From the NCBI GenBank assembly GCA_047150005.1, contig AP038806.1:288001-352000 (forward strand): a stretch of DNA of 64,000 bases, written 5' to 3'. This document shows positions 17,895 to 29,945 of this stretch, one piece after another; the stretch's first letter is position 1, and the number at the start of each line of letters is the position of its first letter. Origin of the DNA: Nitrospira sp. Its GTDB lineage: Bacteria > Nitrospirota > Nitrospiria > Nitrospirales > Nitrospiraceae. A program made the translations under genes and the position numbers. The notes beneath the pieces were generated by a model. It searched no databases. It saw nothing but the letters and a program-made list of their open reading frames with translations, and had not been told where the DNA came from.

Positions 17895-18923
17895 CTATAC
17901 AATGCCGTGCTTCAACAAATCATGCAAATGAATCACGCCGACGATCTTTCGGGCGCCTTCAGTCACAACCAAGGTCGTAATCGAATGTCGCTCCATCATC
18001 TCCACCGCCTTAGCGGCCAGATCGTCCGGCCCGATCGATTTCGGATTGCGGGAAGCGAGTTCGCTTGCCGTAGCCTTCAGGAAGTCTCCGCCTCGTTGAA
18101 TGAATCTCCGCAAATCACCGTCCGTGATGACGCCGCTCAGCGCGCCGGTTCGATCGACCACCGTGGTCATCCCAAGCTTCTTGGCCGTCATTTCCAGCAT
18201 GGCCGTCGTGCCCGTGACGGACTCTTCCACTGTGGGTACATCCTGGCCGGCGTGCATGAGATCTTTGACGCGAACGAGCAGACGTCGGCCGAGCGCACCG
18301 CCCGGATGGAACTGTGCGTAGTCTTCCTCCTGGAACCCCCGCTTCTGCAGCAGCGCGAGGGCCAAGGCATCGCCCAGCGCCAAGGTGGCCGTCGTACTCG
18401 CGGTCGGTGCAAGACCCAACGGACAAGCCTCTTCGGATACAGACACATCCAACACCACATCACTGTGCTTGGCCAACGTCGAGGCCAGCCGACCCGTCAT
18501 CGCGACGACGGGAATGCCCATGCGTTCCATGTAGGGCAGCAATTGGAGAAGCTCCTGCGCCTCTCCGCTGTTCGAGATGGCCACGACGACATCATGTCGG
18601 CCGACCATGCCCAGGTCGCCGTGAAGACCTTCCGCCGGATGGAGAAAGAAGGCCGGAGTGCCGGTGCTGGCCATGGTCGCGGCGATCTTCTGGCCCACGA
18701 GGCCGGACTTTCCCATACCGGACACGACGACTTTTCCTTTACAACCATACAGCAGATCGACGGCCTGCACGAATCGATCGTCTAGGCGATCGACCAACGC
18801 TTGAACCGCGCGCGCCTCAATTCCGAGCACGCGCTTGCCTTCGCGAAGACTGCCGCCCGATCTTTTGGCGGAGACGGACGGTCCCGAAGGATGGCTCACT
18901 TTGCGGGACTTGTTGCGTCGCAT
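17895..18923 (-). CDS. kdsD: arabinose-5-phosphate isomerase (KpsF/GutQ; SIS + 2 CBS)
   Basis: [27 protein letters not shown] pair. Confidence 0.95.
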   Translation of the reverse strand: MRRNKSRKVSHPSGPSVSAKRSGGSLREGKRVLGIEARAVQALVDRLDDRFVQAVDLLYGCKGKVVVSGMGKSGLVGQKIAATMASTGTPAFFLHPAEGLHGDLGMVGRHDVVVAISNSGEAQELLQLLPYMERMGIPVVAMTGRLASTLAKHSDVVLDVSVSEEACPLGLAPTASTTATLALGDALALALLQKRGFQEEDYAQFHPGGALGRRLLVRVKDLMHAGQDVPTVEESVTGTTAMLEMTAKKLGMTTVVDRTGALSGVITDGDLRRFIQRGGDFLKATASELASRNPKSIGPDDLAAKAVEMMERHSITTLVVTEGARKIVGVIHLHDLLKHGIV

Positions 18924-19723
18924 ATCCGCATCACACGCTCAAGGAGCGCCTTCAATTGGTGGAGCGGAACCATGTTCGGTCCATCGGACAGGGCCTGATC
19001 AGGATCCGGATGTACTTCCATGAAGAACCCGTCGACGCCGGCACCGGCGGCGGCGCAGGCGAGCGGCTCTACGAATTCCCGCTGGCCGCTCGACTTGGTT
19101 CCGCCTCCCCCGGGAAGCTGCACGCTGTGCGTGGCATCGAAGACGACCGGATACCCGAAGCTGCGCAGAATGGGAAAGGACCGCATATCGACGACCAGAT
19201 TGTTGTACCCGAACGACGAGCCCCGTTCCGTAAGCACGATTCGAGTATTGCCGCATTCTTCCAATTTCTTCACCGCATTGCCCATCTCCGGAGGAGAGAG
19301 GAATTGGCCCTTCTTGACGTTGACGACCTTCCCCGTCTTGGCGGCGGCGATGAGCAAATCTGTCTGCCGGCAGAGGAACGCCGGGATCTGCAGCACATCG
19401 ACGACTGTACCGGCCTCCGTCGCATCCGCTTCGGTATGGACGTCGGTCAGGACCGCAACCCCCACCTCTCGTTTGACTTTGGCGAGCACCTCAAGCCCTT
19501 TCTTGAGCCCCGGCCCGCGGAACGAATGGATCGAGGTTCGATTCGCCTTGTCGTACGAGGATTTGAAGACATACGGCATCCCGAGGGCTCGTGTCATCTC
19601 GGCGATGCGCCCCGCCGTGTCCAGCACCAGTTGCTCGCTCTCGATCACGCAGGGGCCGGCGATCAAGAACGGACGTTGTCCTTGCCCAACCTTGAACGCA
19701 CCTATATCGACAAGCATCGGCAT
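18896..19723 (-). CDS. kdsA: KDO-8-phosphate synthase
   Basis: [32 protein letters not shown]. Confidence 0.97.
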   Translation of the reverse strand: MPMLVDIGAFKVGQGQRPFLIAGPCVIESEQLVLDTAGRIAEMTRALGMPYVFKSSYDKANRTSIHSFRGPGLKKGLEVLAKVKREVGVAVLTDVHTEADATEAGTVVDVLQIPAFLCRQTDLLIAAAKTGKVVNVKKGQFLSPPEMGNAVKKLEECGNTRIVLTERGSSFGYNNLVVDMRSFPILRSFGYPVVFDATHSVQLPGGGGTKSSGQREFVEPLACAAAGAGVDGFFMEVHPDPDQALSDGPNMVPLHQLKALLERVMRICDATSPAK

Positions 19724-19726
19724 TCT

Positions 19727-19755
19727 TCAACCTCAACCTGAACCTCAACCTTACC
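19727..19755. repeat. hexamer tandem repeat (TCAACC)n
   Basis: TCAACCTCAACCTGAACCTCAACCTTACC between pyrG and kdsA. Confidence 0.6.
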
Positions 19756-19760
19756 TGAGA

Positions 19761-21368
19761 TCAGTGTCCCAACTTGCCGCGCACTGCGGCCCCGACAAAT
19801 CCGCTGAACAGGGGGTGAGGCCGATGCGGACGTGAGTTGTATTCAGGATGAAACTGCGTGGCGAGAAACCACGGATGATTCTTCAGCTCGACGATCTCCA
19901 CCAGACGTCCGTCCGGCGAGAGCCCGCTCAACACCAACCCCTTGGCCGTCAATTGTTCCCGATACGTGTTGTTGAACTCGTATCGATGGCGATGGCGCTC
20001 AGTGACCTCGCTGAGCCCGTACATCTTCTGCGCGAGCGTCCCTTCGCCCAGCTTGCACAGATAGGCGCCCAACCGCATCGTGCCGCCTTTGTCACTGACC
20101 GATTGTTGGTCCGACATCAGATGGATCACCGGATGCGGGGAACGCTCGTCGAATTCCGCGCTGTTGGCGCCAGCCAGTCCGGCGACATGGCGCGCGAACT
20201 CGATCGTGGCGCACTGCATGCCCAAACAGAGCCCCAGGAACGGAATGTGTCGTTCCCGCGCATAGCGGATCGTGGTGATCTTTCCTTCAATTCCACGGGA
20301 ACCGAAACCGCCGGGAATGAGGATGCCGTCCGCTTCGCGCAAGATACGTTCGGTTCCTTGCCGCTCAATGTCCTCCGATTCGATCCAGTCGATGTTGACT
20401 TTGGTCTCGTGGTCAATGCCTCCGTGCACCAGCGCTTCAGCCAGGCTCTTGTAACACTCCTTCAACCCGGCATACTTCCCCACGAGCGCAATGGACACTT
20501 CATGCTTGGGATGCTTGATCTTCTGCACCATGGCATCCCATTCGCGAAGATTCGGCGGGCCGGTTTCCAGTTTGAGCTGCTTGACGATCAATTCGTCCAA
20601 TCCTTCCTTTCGGAAGACGATCGGCACTTCGTAAATGGTCTCGACGTCCTTTGCCGTGATCACCGCATCCTTTTCGACGTTGCAGAACATCGCGATCTTG
20701 CCCTTGAGCTCGGGCGGCAAGTACCGGTCGGTCCGGCAGAGCAGGATGTTGGGCTGGATACCGATCTCCCGCAGCTTGTTGACGGAATGCTGGGTCGGTT
20801 TCGTCTTCAGTTCCCCGGCCGCTCCGATGTACGGCACCAGCGTGAGATGCACATACAGGACGTTTTCTCGGCCGACGTCGTACGGCATCTGGCGAATAGC
20901 CTCGAGAAACGGCAGGCTTTCGATGTCTCCGACCGTGCCGCCGATTTCGACGATCGTCACATCCATGCCCTTCGAGATGCGCATGATGCATTGCTTGATC
21001 TCATCCGTGACGTGCGGGACGACTTGCACCGTCCCGCCGAGATAGTCGCCCCGCCGTTCCTTGGTGATCACGGAATTGTAGATACGCCCGGTCGTGTAGT
21101 TATTCTCCTTGTTCAGCGTCAGCGAGGTGTACCGCTCGTAGTGGCCGAGGTCCAGATCGGTTTCAGCCCCGTCGTCCGTCACGAACACTTCGCCATGTTG
21201 GTAGGGGTTCATGGTTCCCGGATCGACGTTGATGTAGGGATCCAGCTTCAAAAAGGTGATCTTGAGGCCGCGGCTTTCCAGCAGATTGCCGATCGACGCC
21301 GAAGCCAATCCCTTACCGAGGGAGGAGACGACACCGCCGGTGACGAAGATGAATTTGCTCATGGGCAC
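19761..21368 (-). CDS. pyrG: CTP synthase
   Basis: [37 protein letters not shown]. Confidence 0.98.
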   Translation of the reverse strand: MPMSKFIFVTGGVVSSLGKGLASASIGNLLESRGLKITFLKLDPYINVDPGTMNPYQHGEVFVTDDGAETDLDLGHYERYTSLTLNKENNYTTGRIYNSVITKERRGDYLGGTVQVVPHVTDEIKQCIMRISKGMDVTIVEIGGTVGDIESLPFLEAIRQMPYDVGRENVLYVHLTLVPYIGAAGELKTKPTQHSVNKLREIGIQPNILLCRTDRYLPPELKGKIAMFCNVEKDAVITAKDVETIYEVPIVFRKEGLDELIVKQLKLETGPPNLREWDAMVQKIKHPKHEVSIALVGKYAGLKECYKSLAEALVHGGIDHETKVNIDWIESEDIERQGTERILREADGILIPGGFGSRGIEGKITTIRYARERHIPFLGLCLGMQCATIEFARHVAGLAGANSAEFDERSPHPVIHLMSDQQSVSDKGGTMRLGAYLCKLGEGTLAQKMYGLSEVTERHRHRYEFNNTYREQLTAKGLVLSGLSPDGRLVEIVELKNHPWFLATQFHPEYNSRPHRPHPLFSGFVGAAVRGKLGH

Positions 21369-21402
21369 CCCCGTTCGTCCGACCTTGATGCGCGCGACGC
21401 CC

Positions 21403-22203
21403 TCATCGAGCCGACACCGTCTTACCGACCCTGGGTTCCTGTTTCTGTGACTCGTACTGCCTCAGCTTGTCCGCGACCTCTACGGCATCCTCCGGCGTAT
21501 CCACTCGGAGCGAACGATGCGACGTCTCCCACACGCGAATCCGCATCCCTTGCTGAAGCGCGCGCAGCTGTTCGAGTTTTTCGGCGTCCTCCAGCTGGCT
21601 CGTGGGCCATCCTGCAAATCGCAGCAACGCCTCGTGCCGGTAGATGTACAGACCGAGATGCACGTAATGCAACCGGCTCGCGACTTGCCCGCGGATGCCG
21701 TCGCGGACGAGCGGGATCGGCGCCCTGGAGAAATACAAGGCATAGCCCTGCGAATCCGTCACAACCTTGACGACCGCCGGATTATCCAGTGCATTCTCCG
21801 TGTCCATCGCCCGCTTCAACGTGCCCATATCTGCGTCGCAACCGAGGAAAGGCTCGATCAAATCTTCGAGAAGCGCCGGAGTCACGGGAATTTCGTCTCC
21901 CTGCAGATTGACGAAGTATTCCCCCGGCACGGTCCGGGCAACGGCCGCCACCCGATCCGTGCCGGTCCGATAGTCGCCCGTGACCATGACCGCCCGACCG
22001 CCGAACCGTTCCACCGCGTCTCGGATCCGTTCATCGTCCGTCGCAACAAGCACTTCCTTGACCGAGCGGCAAGACGCGGCTTGCTCGTAAACGAGCTGAA
22101 TCAAGGGCTTTCGTCCCAACATAACCAGCGGCTTTCCGGGAAAGCGGGATGAGCCGTAGCGAGCGGGAATGACAACCATGACTTGAGGCTTCACGCCGGT
22201 CAT
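21403..22203 (-). CDS. kdsB: 3-deoxy-manno-octulosonate cytidylyltransferase
   Basis: [32 protein letters not shown]. Confidence 0.96.
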   Translation of the reverse strand: MTGVKPQVMVVIPARYGSSRFPGKPLVMLGRKPLIQLVYEQAASCRSVKEVLVATDDERIRDAVERFGGRAVMVTGDYRTGTDRVAAVARTVPGEYFVNLQGDEIPVTPALLEDLIEPFLGCDADMGTLKRAMDTENALDNPAVVKVVTDSQGYALYFSRAPIPLVRDGIRGQVASRLHYVHLGLYIYRHEALLRFAGWPTSQLEDAEKLEQLRALQQGMRIRVWETSHRSLRVDTPEDAVEVADKLRQYESQKQEPRVGKTVSAR

Positions 22204-23237
22204 CCCTCCAATGCTTCCGCCAGTTGCGTCGCGCTGACCGTCGCCGTGCCGACCATGCCGACGACGACGCCGGCAGCCTGATTGGCCAATGACGCGGCTT
22301 CGCGCATCGAGGCACCGGTCGACAACGCAAGCGCCATGGTGCCGACCACCGTATCGCCCGCTCCGGTGACGTCATAGACCTGCCGAGCCCGTGTCGGAAT
22401 GTGCCACGACACGCCGTCGGCTTCGAACAGGCTCATGCCGCGTTCGCCTCGCGTCACCAGGACGGACCGGCAACCGAGCCGTTGACGGATGACCGATCCG
22501 GCCTCCTGGATGACCTGATCATCGTCGCCGTGCAAGCCGGCGGCCTGCGTGGCTTCGAGATGGTTCGGCGTGATCACGGTGACGCCCTTGTAATAGCTGA
22601 AGTGCTCGACTTTCGGATCGACGATGATCGGAATCTGCCGGAGGACCGCGAGCTTGGTCAGCTCGGACATCAACGTCGCGGTCACGACGCCTTTGCAGTA
22701 ATCGGACACCACCAAGCAGGAGAGTTCGCGCAGACGGGATTCCACATACCGGAGAATGCGCTTCTGCAACGCCGGTTTCAATTCGCCCCGCCGCTCCAAA
22801 TCATAGCGGACGACCTGCTGATTGTGCGCAATGACACGGGATTTTCTGGTGGTCGGCCGATCGTGATCGATGACGACTCCACCCCGGCCTGTGCGCTTCG
22901 CACTCAATTCCTTCAGCAGCTTCCGCCCCGTCTCATCCGGACCAATCGCACCGCACAGGTCCGCCTTGCCCCCGAGCGCCAGAATATTATTGAACACGTT
23001 GGCGGCTCCGCCGAGCTTCACGGACTCGGATTCCACATGCACCACCGGCACCGGCGCCTCCGGAGAAATGCGGCTGACACGGCCCCAGATGTAATGATCC
23101 AGAATCAGATCGCCGATGACCAGGACCGAAGCCTGAGGGAATCTCTGGATATAACGCCGAAGGGTGGCGTTGGATACCCCCTCCGCCCGTCCCGAAGCCT
23201 CAGACTTCGCTGTGGAGGATCGAGGAGATCTGCTCAT
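22200..23237 (-). CDS. rfaE1: D-glycero-beta-D-manno-heptose-7-phosphate kinase (RfaE domain I / HldA)
   Basis: RISPEAPVPVV, GGAANV, DVTGAGDTV; likely start at 23237 overlapping the lepB stop. Confidence 0.93.
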   Translation of the reverse strand: MSRSPRSSTAKSEASGRAEGVSNATLRRYIQRFPQASVLVIGDLILDHYIWGRVSRISPEAPVPVVHVESESVKLGGAANVFNNILALGGKADLCGAIGPDETGRKLLKELSAKRTGRGGVVIDHDRPTTRKSRVIAHNQQVVRYDLERRGELKPALQKRILRYVESRLRELSCLVVSDYCKGVVTATLMSELTKLAVLRQIPIIVDPKVEHFSYYKGVTVITPNHLEATQAAGLHGDDDQVIQEAGSVIRQRLGCRSVLVTRGERGMSLFEADGVSWHIPTRARQVYDVTGAGDTVVGTMALALSTGASMREAASLANQAAGVVVGMVGTATVSATQLAEALEG

Positions 23238-24010
23238 TGGATAGCCTTGGCGAACCGCTCCCATCGAACCCATTCCGTCCACTGTCCGTGACCGCTCCAC
23301 GACCAATAGATCCGAAATGCCTTGCCGCGGATCTTTTCTTCCCGCACGTAGCCCCAAAACCGGCTGTCGAGGCTTTGGTCGCGATTGTCGCCCATGACGA
23401 AATATGACCCCTCGGGCACCGTCACGGGACCGAAGTTATCCCGCGGGTTGATGGTCCCGTCGATAATGCCGGGGTCGATGCGCTGCGTAAACGTCTTGTC
23501 GTCCAGCGGCACTCCGTTGATCAACACGACCTTGTTCTTCACCTGCACCTGATCACCCGGGATGCCGACGATCCGCTTGATGAAATCCTTTTCTTCGTCC
23601 TCAGGGAAGCGAAACACGATGATGTCGCCTCGCTGCGGCTTCCCGAACTCGACGATGGCATGGGACGCATAGCAGTTAATCGGCGGAAATCCCCATTGAA
23701 ACTTGCACTGACTCGGCCATTGAATTCCATAAGACAGCTTGCTGACAAGGATGTGATCGCCGATCAGCAGAGTGGGAATCATCGAACCGGAGGGAATCTT
23801 GAACGCCTGCACGACGAACACCCGAATCGCAAAGGCCAAGAGCATCGCCACGACGATCGCCTCTGCATACTCCCGAAAGACGGACTTTCTGGCCGGCTGT
23901 GCTATGGCGGCCTGTTCCGCCAACGATGCCGAGTTGCCGGCGTCCCGAGTCGTCTCCCGCACGGGAGAGACAAGATCCTCCGTGCCCGGCCTGTTCGGCT
24001 CCATGCTCAT
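23234..24010 (-). CDS. lepB: signal peptidase I
   Basis: [31 protein letters not shown]. Confidence 0.96.
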   Translation of the reverse strand: MSMEPNRPGTEDLVSPVRETTRDAGNSASLAEQAAIAQPARKSVFREYAEAIVVAMLLAFAIRVFVVQAFKIPSGSMIPTLLIGDHILVSKLSYGIQWPSQCKFQWGFPPINCYASHAIVEFGKPQRGDIIVFRFPEDEEKDFIKRIVGIPGDQVQVKNKVVLINGVPLDDKTFTQRIDPGIIDGTINPRDNFGPVTVPEGSYFVMGDNRDQSLDSRFWGYVREEKIRGKAFRIYWSWSGHGQWTEWVRWERFAKAIQ

Positions 24011-25818
24011 TCGTCACCGACCTTGAGAATCGCCAGAAAGGCCTCTTGCGGCACTTCGACACTGCCGACGGCTTTCATCCGCTTCTTCCCTTCCTTTTGT
24101 TTCTCCAGAAGCTTTCGCTTTCGAGTGATGTCGCCGCCGTAACACTTGGCCGTCACGTTCTTCTTCATAGCGCCGATCGTCTCGCGCGCAATGATCTTGT
24201 TGCCGATCGCGGCCTGAATGGCAATCTCGAACATTTGCCGAGGAATCAACTCCTTCATCTTTTCCGCCAACTGCCGCCCGCGTGGATAGGATCGGTCCCG
24301 ATGCGTGATGAAGGACAACGCGTCAACCGCTTCTCCGTTCAGAAGGATGTCGAGCTTCACGAGGTCGGACTCCCGATATCCCAACAATTCATAGTCGAGC
24401 GACGCGTAACCCTGCGTGCGCGACTTCAGCTTGTCGTAGAAGTCGAGAATCACCTCGTTCAACGGCAGCTCATAACTGATCATCACTCTGGTGGGGTCCA
24501 GGAAGTGAATGCTTCGTTGGATGCCTCGCCGCTCCTGGCACAACTGAAGAATGGCGCCCATGTAACGTTCGGGTGTGATGACCGTGGCGAGAATGAACGG
24601 CTCCTCGAAGGACTGAATGCTGCCCGGGGGCGGCAATTCGGCCGGATTGTCAATCTCCAGCACCTCTCCCTTCGTCGTCGTCACGCGGTACACCACGGTC
24701 GGCGCCGTCGTGATGAGAGTCAACCCGTACTCCCGCTCGAGTCGTTCCTGAATAATTTCCATATGGAGCAGCCCGAGAAAGCCGCATCGGAACCCGAATC
24801 CCAACGCGAGCGAGGTTTCCGGTTCATACACAAACGAGGAATCGTTCAGTCGCAGCTTCAAGAGCGCGTCCCGGAGATCTTCGTACTTCGAGGTGTCCGT
24901 CGAGTAAAGGCCGCAAAATACCAGCGGCTTCACTTCTTTATAGCCGGGAAATGGCTCGGACGTCGGCTGAATCGCGTCGGTGAGCGTGTCACCGATCTTG
25001 ACGTCCGCGACTTCCTTCATGTTGGCACAGAGATAGCCAACCTCGCCGGTCAACAACTCGCTTTTCTTGGTCCGCTTCGGCGTAAATTGGCCGACTTCCA
25101 TGACCTCGAAGGTCCTGTCGTTCGACATGACCTTGATCTTCATGCCGGGCCGCACCGTTCCATCGACGATTCTCGTCAGCACGATCACACCTTGATAGTT
25201 GTCGAACCAGGAATCGAAGATAAGGGCCTTGAGCGGGGCGGCAGGATCGCCGGACGGCGGAGGGATCCGTTCGATGACGGCTTCCAGGACTTCGGGTACC
25301 CCGCGGCCTTCCTTGGCACTGATCGGCAACGCGTCGCTCGACTCGAGCATCAGCACTTCGGAAATCGAGTGCTTCGTATTCTCGACATCGGCGCTGGCCA
25401 AATCAATCTTGTTGATGACCGGGATAATGGTCAGCTTGTTGGCCATCGCCAGGTTGACATTGGCGATCGTCTGGGCCTGGACTCCCTGGGTCGCATCGAC
25501 GAGCAAGAGCGCTCCTTCACAGGCGGCAAGGCTTCTGGAGACCTCATAGGTGAAGTCGACGTGCCCCGGCGTGTCGATCAGGTGCAGCGCGTAAGTCCGG
25601 CCGTCCTTGGCGCGATACTTGATCGCCACGGCATGAGCCTTGATCGTAATGCCCCGCTCGCGCTCCAGATCCATGGCATCCAGGATCTGGTCCTTGGCTT
25701 CCCGAGCAGTAACGGCGCCAGTAGCTTCTAAGAACCGGTCAGCGAGGGTCGATTTGCCGTGATCGATATGTGCGATAATTGAGAAATTGCGTATAAGGCT
25801 TTGCAAATCCAGGCTCAT
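24007..25818 (-). CDS. lepA: translation elongation factor 4
   Basis: [29 protein letters not shown]; likely start MSLDLQ at 25818. Confidence 0.98.
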   Translation of the reverse strand: MSLDLQSLIRNFSIIAHIDHGKSTLADRFLEATGAVTAREAKDQILDAMDLERERGITIKAHAVAIKYRAKDGRTYALHLIDTPGHVDFTYEVSRSLAACEGALLLVDATQGVQAQTIANVNLAMANKLTIIPVINKIDLASADVENTKHSISEVLMLESSDALPISAKEGRGVPEVLEAVIERIPPPSGDPAAPLKALIFDSWFDNYQGVIVLTRIVDGTVRPGMKIKVMSNDRTFEVMEVGQFTPKRTKKSELLTGEVGYLCANMKEVADVKIGDTLTDAIQPTSEPFPGYKEVKPLVFCGLYSTDTSKYEDLRDALLKLRLNDSSFVYEPETSLALGFGFRCGFLGLLHMEIIQERLEREYGLTLITTAPTVVYRVTTTKGEVLEIDNPAELPPPGSIQSFEEPFILATVITPERYMGAILQLCQERRGIQRSIHFLDPTRVMISYELPLNEVILDFYDKLKSRTQGYASLDYELLGYRESDLVKLDILLNGEAVDALSFITHRDRSYPRGRQLAEKMKELIPRQMFEIAIQAAIGNKIIARETIGAMKKNVTAKCYGGDITRKRKLLEKQKEGKKRMKAVGSVEVPQEAFLAILKVGDE

Positions 25819-25964
25819 TCTGGGGAAAATCGCTTCATTATAGTAACTGACCCGAAGGTTGTCAAAGCGATCAGCCGCTCGTATAATTCGCCGCGCACGT
25901 TGACGAATCGCCGCAACCGGCGCGTAACTCTCCTCGCCGATCACCATCCGACCACCACCGCACA

Positions 25965-27344
25965 ATGCCGAAACGCATCACCACGGGGCAGTTGGGTCAG
26001 TGGGACCGGACCTACCTCTGGCATCCCTTTACGCAGATGCAGGAATGGGAAGCGGAGGAACCGTTGATCATCGAACGGGGCACCGGCCCCTACCTGATCG
26101 ACAGAGCGGGTCGAAAATACCTCGACGGCACGTCCTCGATCTGGGTGAACCTACACGGCCATCGACATCGAGCGCTCGATCGCGCGCTTCGGAATCAACT
26201 CGGCCGGATCGCGCATTCCACGCTGTTGGGTCTCTCGAACACTCCGGCCATCTTGCTGGCCCGTGAGCTGATCCGCCTGGCACCCACAGGGCTGCGGCGC
26301 GTATTCTACTCCGATGACGGTTCCACCGCCGTGGAGGCCGCCCTTAAGATGGCCGTCCAGTACTGGCAGCAGCACGATCCCACGGCCGGTCCCAAACACC
26401 TGTTTCTGCATCTCAAGCTTGCCTACCATGGGGATACGATCGGCGCGGTCAGCGTCGGCAATATCGAAACGTTCCATTCGCGCTTCCAACCATTGCTCTT
26501 CCCAACCCTCGAAGCCGAACCACCATACTGCTACCGTTGCCCGCTGAACCTTCGATTCCCCTCCTGTGGAATCGCCTGTCTGGATCCGATCGAGCAGATC
26601 ATGCGGATGCGCGGTCATGAACTCGCGGGGGTGATCATCGAACCGTTGGTGCAGGCCGCCGCGGGAATGATTACGGCACCACCCGGATACTTGAAACGCA
26701 TCCGCACACTCTGCACTCAACACAACGTGCTCATGATTGCCGACGAAGTCGCCACAGGATTCGGGCGTACCGGGAAGATGTTCGCCTGCCAACACGAGAG
26801 CGTGACCCCGGATCTGATGGCGATCAGCAAGGGTATCACGGGCGGGTATATGCCCCTGGCCGCCACGCTCGCCACGGAGGAGGTGTACGCAGCCTTCCGG
26901 GGGAAATTCGAGGAACTCAAGACCTTCTTTCATGGGCACAGCTACACCGGCAATCAGTTGGGTTGCGCCGTAGCGCTCGCCAACCTTGCCGTCTTCCGAA
27001 AGGAACGGACCCTCCTGCGCCTGCGGCCCAAGATCGCCGCGATGACCCGCCTCCTTCAATCCATGACCTTGCTTCGTCATGTCGGAGACGTCCGCCAGCA
27101 GGGATTCATGGTCGGCATCGAGCTGGTACGAAACAAGCTGACAAAAGAACCCTATCCTTTCGAAATGAGAATAGGTCATCGCGTCGCCCAGGAGGCTCGC
27201 CGGCGAGGTCTCCTGCTCCGTCCCCTCGGAAATGTCATGGTCCTCATGCCACCGTTGGCAACAACTGTTCCCACCCTGACACGGATGGTGGCGCTGCTGC
27301 GGCAGTCCATCCAGCAAGTAACCGAGACCCAGTCAGCGCCGTAG
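25965..27344 (+). CDS. bioA: adenosylmethionine--8-amino-7-oxononanoate transaminase
   Basis: [44 protein letters not shown]. Confidence 0.95.
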   Translation: MPKRITTGQLGQWDRTYLWHPFTQMQEWEAEEPLIIERGTGPYLIDRAGRKYLDGTSSIWVNLHGHRHRALDRALRNQLGRIAHSTLLGLSNTPAILLARELIRLAPTGLRRVFYSDDGSTAVEAALKMAVQYWQQHDPTAGPKHLFLHLKLAYHGDTIGAVSVGNIETFHSRFQPLLFPTLEAEPPYCYRCPLNLRFPSCGIACLDPIEQIMRMRGHELAGVIIEPLVQAAAGMITAPPGYLKRIRTLCTQHNVLMIADEVATGFGRTGKMFACQHESVTPDLMAISKGITGGYMPLAATLATEEVYAAFRGKFEELKTFFHGHSYTGNQLGCAVALANLAVFRKERTLLRLRPKIAAMTRLLQSMTLLRHVGDVRQQGFMVGIELVRNKLTKEPYPFEMRIGHRVAQEARRRGLLLRPLGNVMVLMPPLATTVPTLTRMVALLRQSIQQVTETQSAP

Positions 27345-27507
27345 ACTGCCCCATCTCTCCTGCCGCCCTGCTATTTATAATCGATATGGACTATGCTCCA
27401 GAAATAGCCGAGTGCGAGAATTACAAAACCTTATAAACCAATAAGTTAGATGGGTAAATTTCGAGTGCTAGACTTCATATGTTCCGCCGTTCTGGAACAT
27501 ATGGATC

Positions 27508-28725
27508 ATGTGGATTTTCCTCCGAATTATCCTCCTAAGTATCATCCTTCTGATTGTTCCCTACCGCACCCAGGCCGATCAACCGGACCAAATCTCTGAG
27601 CGATGGGCTGCCTTGTTTTCCGACCAGGAGTCAGCCAGTCGTGTCCCTCGGACGCCTTCCTCCTTGTATCAGACGAACCTGACCGCCACCTTCTCCCTAC
27701 CCGTCGTCTCCTCCCGTCTGCGGGACCTGTCACCCGAAACCGATCAGCCGCGAACGCGGGGCCTGCTGGCCGCAACAACCTGGTTGAAGGGGACATTCAC
27801 GAGTGAAGCTGAGGTCGCCAATAATCAGGGGGGGACAGGCTGGCTACAGAGAAGCATTCCCGGCAACAGATACGACGACGTATCCGACCGGATGGTCAGA
27901 GTCGGCTTGACCGGGGCAGCCGGGGTCATGCGTTACGGCATGACGTACCGCTCAGCCGGGCAGGCCTTTCTCAATGGACCCGATACGGCGGTGCGGGAAG
28001 TCTGGGGAGAATGGAAACACGGCTGGACGACGCTTCGCAGCACAATCGGCCAGCAATGGAACAATGTCGCCGGGGACGCTGCCCGAAACCGGCTCGAACA
28101 GACCTATGGACGAGTCGGTGTCGGTTGGAATAAACCGGCCTGGCCATCGCTGACCCTGACATACGCGAAGAATTCGCTCAGCAGCACGCTCAACCCCATC
28201 GGCCTGGCCCCTCAGCGGACCCATAACCATACGTTGGAAGCGGCACTCGCCTATAACAGTGCCCGTTGGAACGCCACGCTGGCCTCGAGTTACATCATCG
28301 GCAACGATCTACTCCACAACGGAGCCGAGAGCAACATCAAGATGCAGCTCGTAACGGCGTCCTTTCGTCCGTTGAATACGTTGACCATCGCCCCGACTCT
28401 CATGTATCGGAAAGAAGAACAGGAATGGTCCGGCGTGCGGATCGATTCCCCTTCGGCATCGCTCGCGCTGCAGTACAAGCAAAGCCGACGGCTCTTGATC
28501 ACCGCCATGGGCAATTACGCCGGCGTTCGCTCAAGCGACAGACTGGTTGATCTCGAGAACCTCGGCGGAAAAGGCGTCTTGGCCTGGGACCTTCAGCAGT
28601 CGGCACATTGGATGACCTTGCTCTCGCTGGAGGCAGGCTATACCCGCCAAACGAACCATGCGACGCCGTCGGCCGACACGGAGGACATCTCCGGAGTCGT
28701 GAGGTTCGTACTCGCCTCCCTCTGA
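27508..28725 (+). CDS. exported hypothetical protein, probable outer-membrane beta-barrel
   Basis: Signal peptide; repeated amphipathic beta-strands with aromatic ends. Confidence 0.7.
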   Translation: MWIFLRIILLSIILLIVPYRTQADQPDQISERWAALFSDQESASRVPRTPSSLYQTNLTATFSLPVVSSRLRDLSPETDQPRTRGLLAATTWLKGTFTSEAEVANNQGGTGWLQRSIPGNRYDDVSDRMVRVGLTGAAGVMRYGMTYRSAGQAFLNGPDTAVREVWGEWKHGWTTLRSTIGQQWNNVAGDAARNRLEQTYGRVGVGWNKPAWPSLTLTYAKNSLSSTLNPIGLAPQRTHNHTLEAALAYNSARWNATLASSYIIGNDLLHNGAESNIKMQLVTASFRPLNTLTIAPTLMYRKEEQEWSGVRIDSPSASLALQYKQSRRLLITAMGNYAGVRSSDRLVDLENLGGKGVLAWDLQQSAHWMTLLSLEAGYTRQTNHATPSADTEDISGVVRFVLASL

Positions 28726-28767
28726 TGCCTCCCGACCTACCGTCTCATTCATGCCTTCACGACCTAG

Positions 28768-29945
28768 GGAAGGTCTGATTTATTCCTCTTCCGAGATATG
28801 CTAAGGATGGCGCCTCACTTCTGAGGAGGCACCCCCATGCCGCAACAGACCTTTGCCGAGGGCACGTTCGAACAGTATCGCAAACCCACCCGCCGCGAGC
28901 GGTTCCTCGACGAGATGGATCGCGTGGTGCCGTGGGCGGAGTTGGTGGCCGTGATCGAGCCGGTCTATCCCAAGGCCGAGGGCCCGGGGCGTCCACCGAT
29001 CGGGATCGAACGCATGCTGCGCCTCCATTGTCTGCAACAATGGTTCAACCTGTCGGACCCCGCCGTGGAGGAAGCGTTGTACGACTCGCGGGCCATGCGG
29101 CAGTTCGTGGGCATTGATCTGGGCCGTGAGCCCGTGCCCGACGAGACGACCATCTGCAAGTTTCGGCATCTCTTGGAGGCCCACGAGTTGGGGAAACAGC
29201 TCTTTGCGCGGATCGGCACGTATCTGGCGGCGCAGGGCTTGACCGTGAGCCGGGGCACCATCGTGGATGCCACCATTATCAGTGCCCCCAGTTCGACGAA
29301 GAATCGTACGAAGGAGCGGGATCCGGAGATGCATCAGACAAAGAAGGGAAACCAGTGGTACTTCGGCATGAAGGCCCATATTGGCGTGGACAGCCGCACC
29401 AAGCTGATTCATTCGGTCGCGGCCACGGCGGCGAATATCCATGACAGTCAGGTGTTGCCCAAACTGCTGCATGGGCAGGAGACCCGGGTGTGGGGCGACT
29501 CAGCTTATAGCGGGCAACGTGACGTGATGCAGCGCCACGCCCCCAGGGCCAAGAGCTTCGTGCAGACGAAAGCCCATCGCCATCAGCCGCTGAGTGAACC
29601 GGAGCGGGCCAGGAACCGGACGAAGTCGAAGGTCCGTGCGAAGGTCGAACATGTGTTCTTGGTGATGAAGCGGATCTTCGGCTGGGCCAAAGTCCGGTAC
29701 CGTGGGTTGGCGAAGAACACCCACTGGCTCCAGATCAGCTGCGGCTTGGCCAATCTGTACATGGTGCGGCGACGGCTTTTGGCGGAGACGTAGGGAACGG
29801 GGGTCCGGAGACTGGCAACGAGCCATCGGACGGTGGGTGCGCCCCATGAACAGGCTCCCGGACCAGCGGATGCCTACCGGATTCGTCCTGCTGATCAGCC
29901 CAGGAACAAATTTCTGAGTGGAAATGTGAATAAATCAGACCTTCC
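28768..29945 (+). mobile_element. intact IS5-family insertion sequence (1178 bp)
   Basis: Perfect 18-bp TIRs GGAAGGTCTGATTTATTC / GAATAAATCAGACCTTCC; CTAG target duplication at 28764-28767 and 29946-29949. Confidence 0.95.
28837..29793 (+). CDS. IS5 family DDE transposase
   Basis: TRRERFLDEM, LQQWFNLSDP, IVDATII, KGNQWYFGMKAHIGVD, RAKVEH.F. Confidence 0.96.
   Translation: MPQQTFAEGTFEQYRKPTRRERFLDEMDRVVPWAELVAVIEPVYPKAEGPGRPPIGIERMLRLHCLQQWFNLSDPAVEEALYDSRAMRQFVGIDLGREPVPDETTICKFRHLLEAHELGKQLFARIGTYLAAQGLTVSRGTIVDATIISAPSSTKNRTKERDPEMHQTKKGNQWYFGMKAHIGVDSRTKLIHSVAATAANIHDSQVLPKLLHGQETRVWGDSAYSGQRDVMQRHAPRAKSFVQTKAHRHQPLSEPERARNRTKSKVRAKVEHVFLVMKRIFGWAKVRYRGLAKNTHWLQISCGLANLYMVRRRLLAET

Noticed and set aside
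19848..25731. Long plus-strand ORFs (640 aa and 610 aa)
   Set aside because: Antisense to pyrG/kdsB and lepA; typical high-GC shadow frames.
27424..27449. Possible tyrosine-recombinase or dif-like site (CTAACTTATTGGTTTATAAGG on the minus strand)
   Set aside because: Only a loose resemblance, with no partner site or recombinase nearby.
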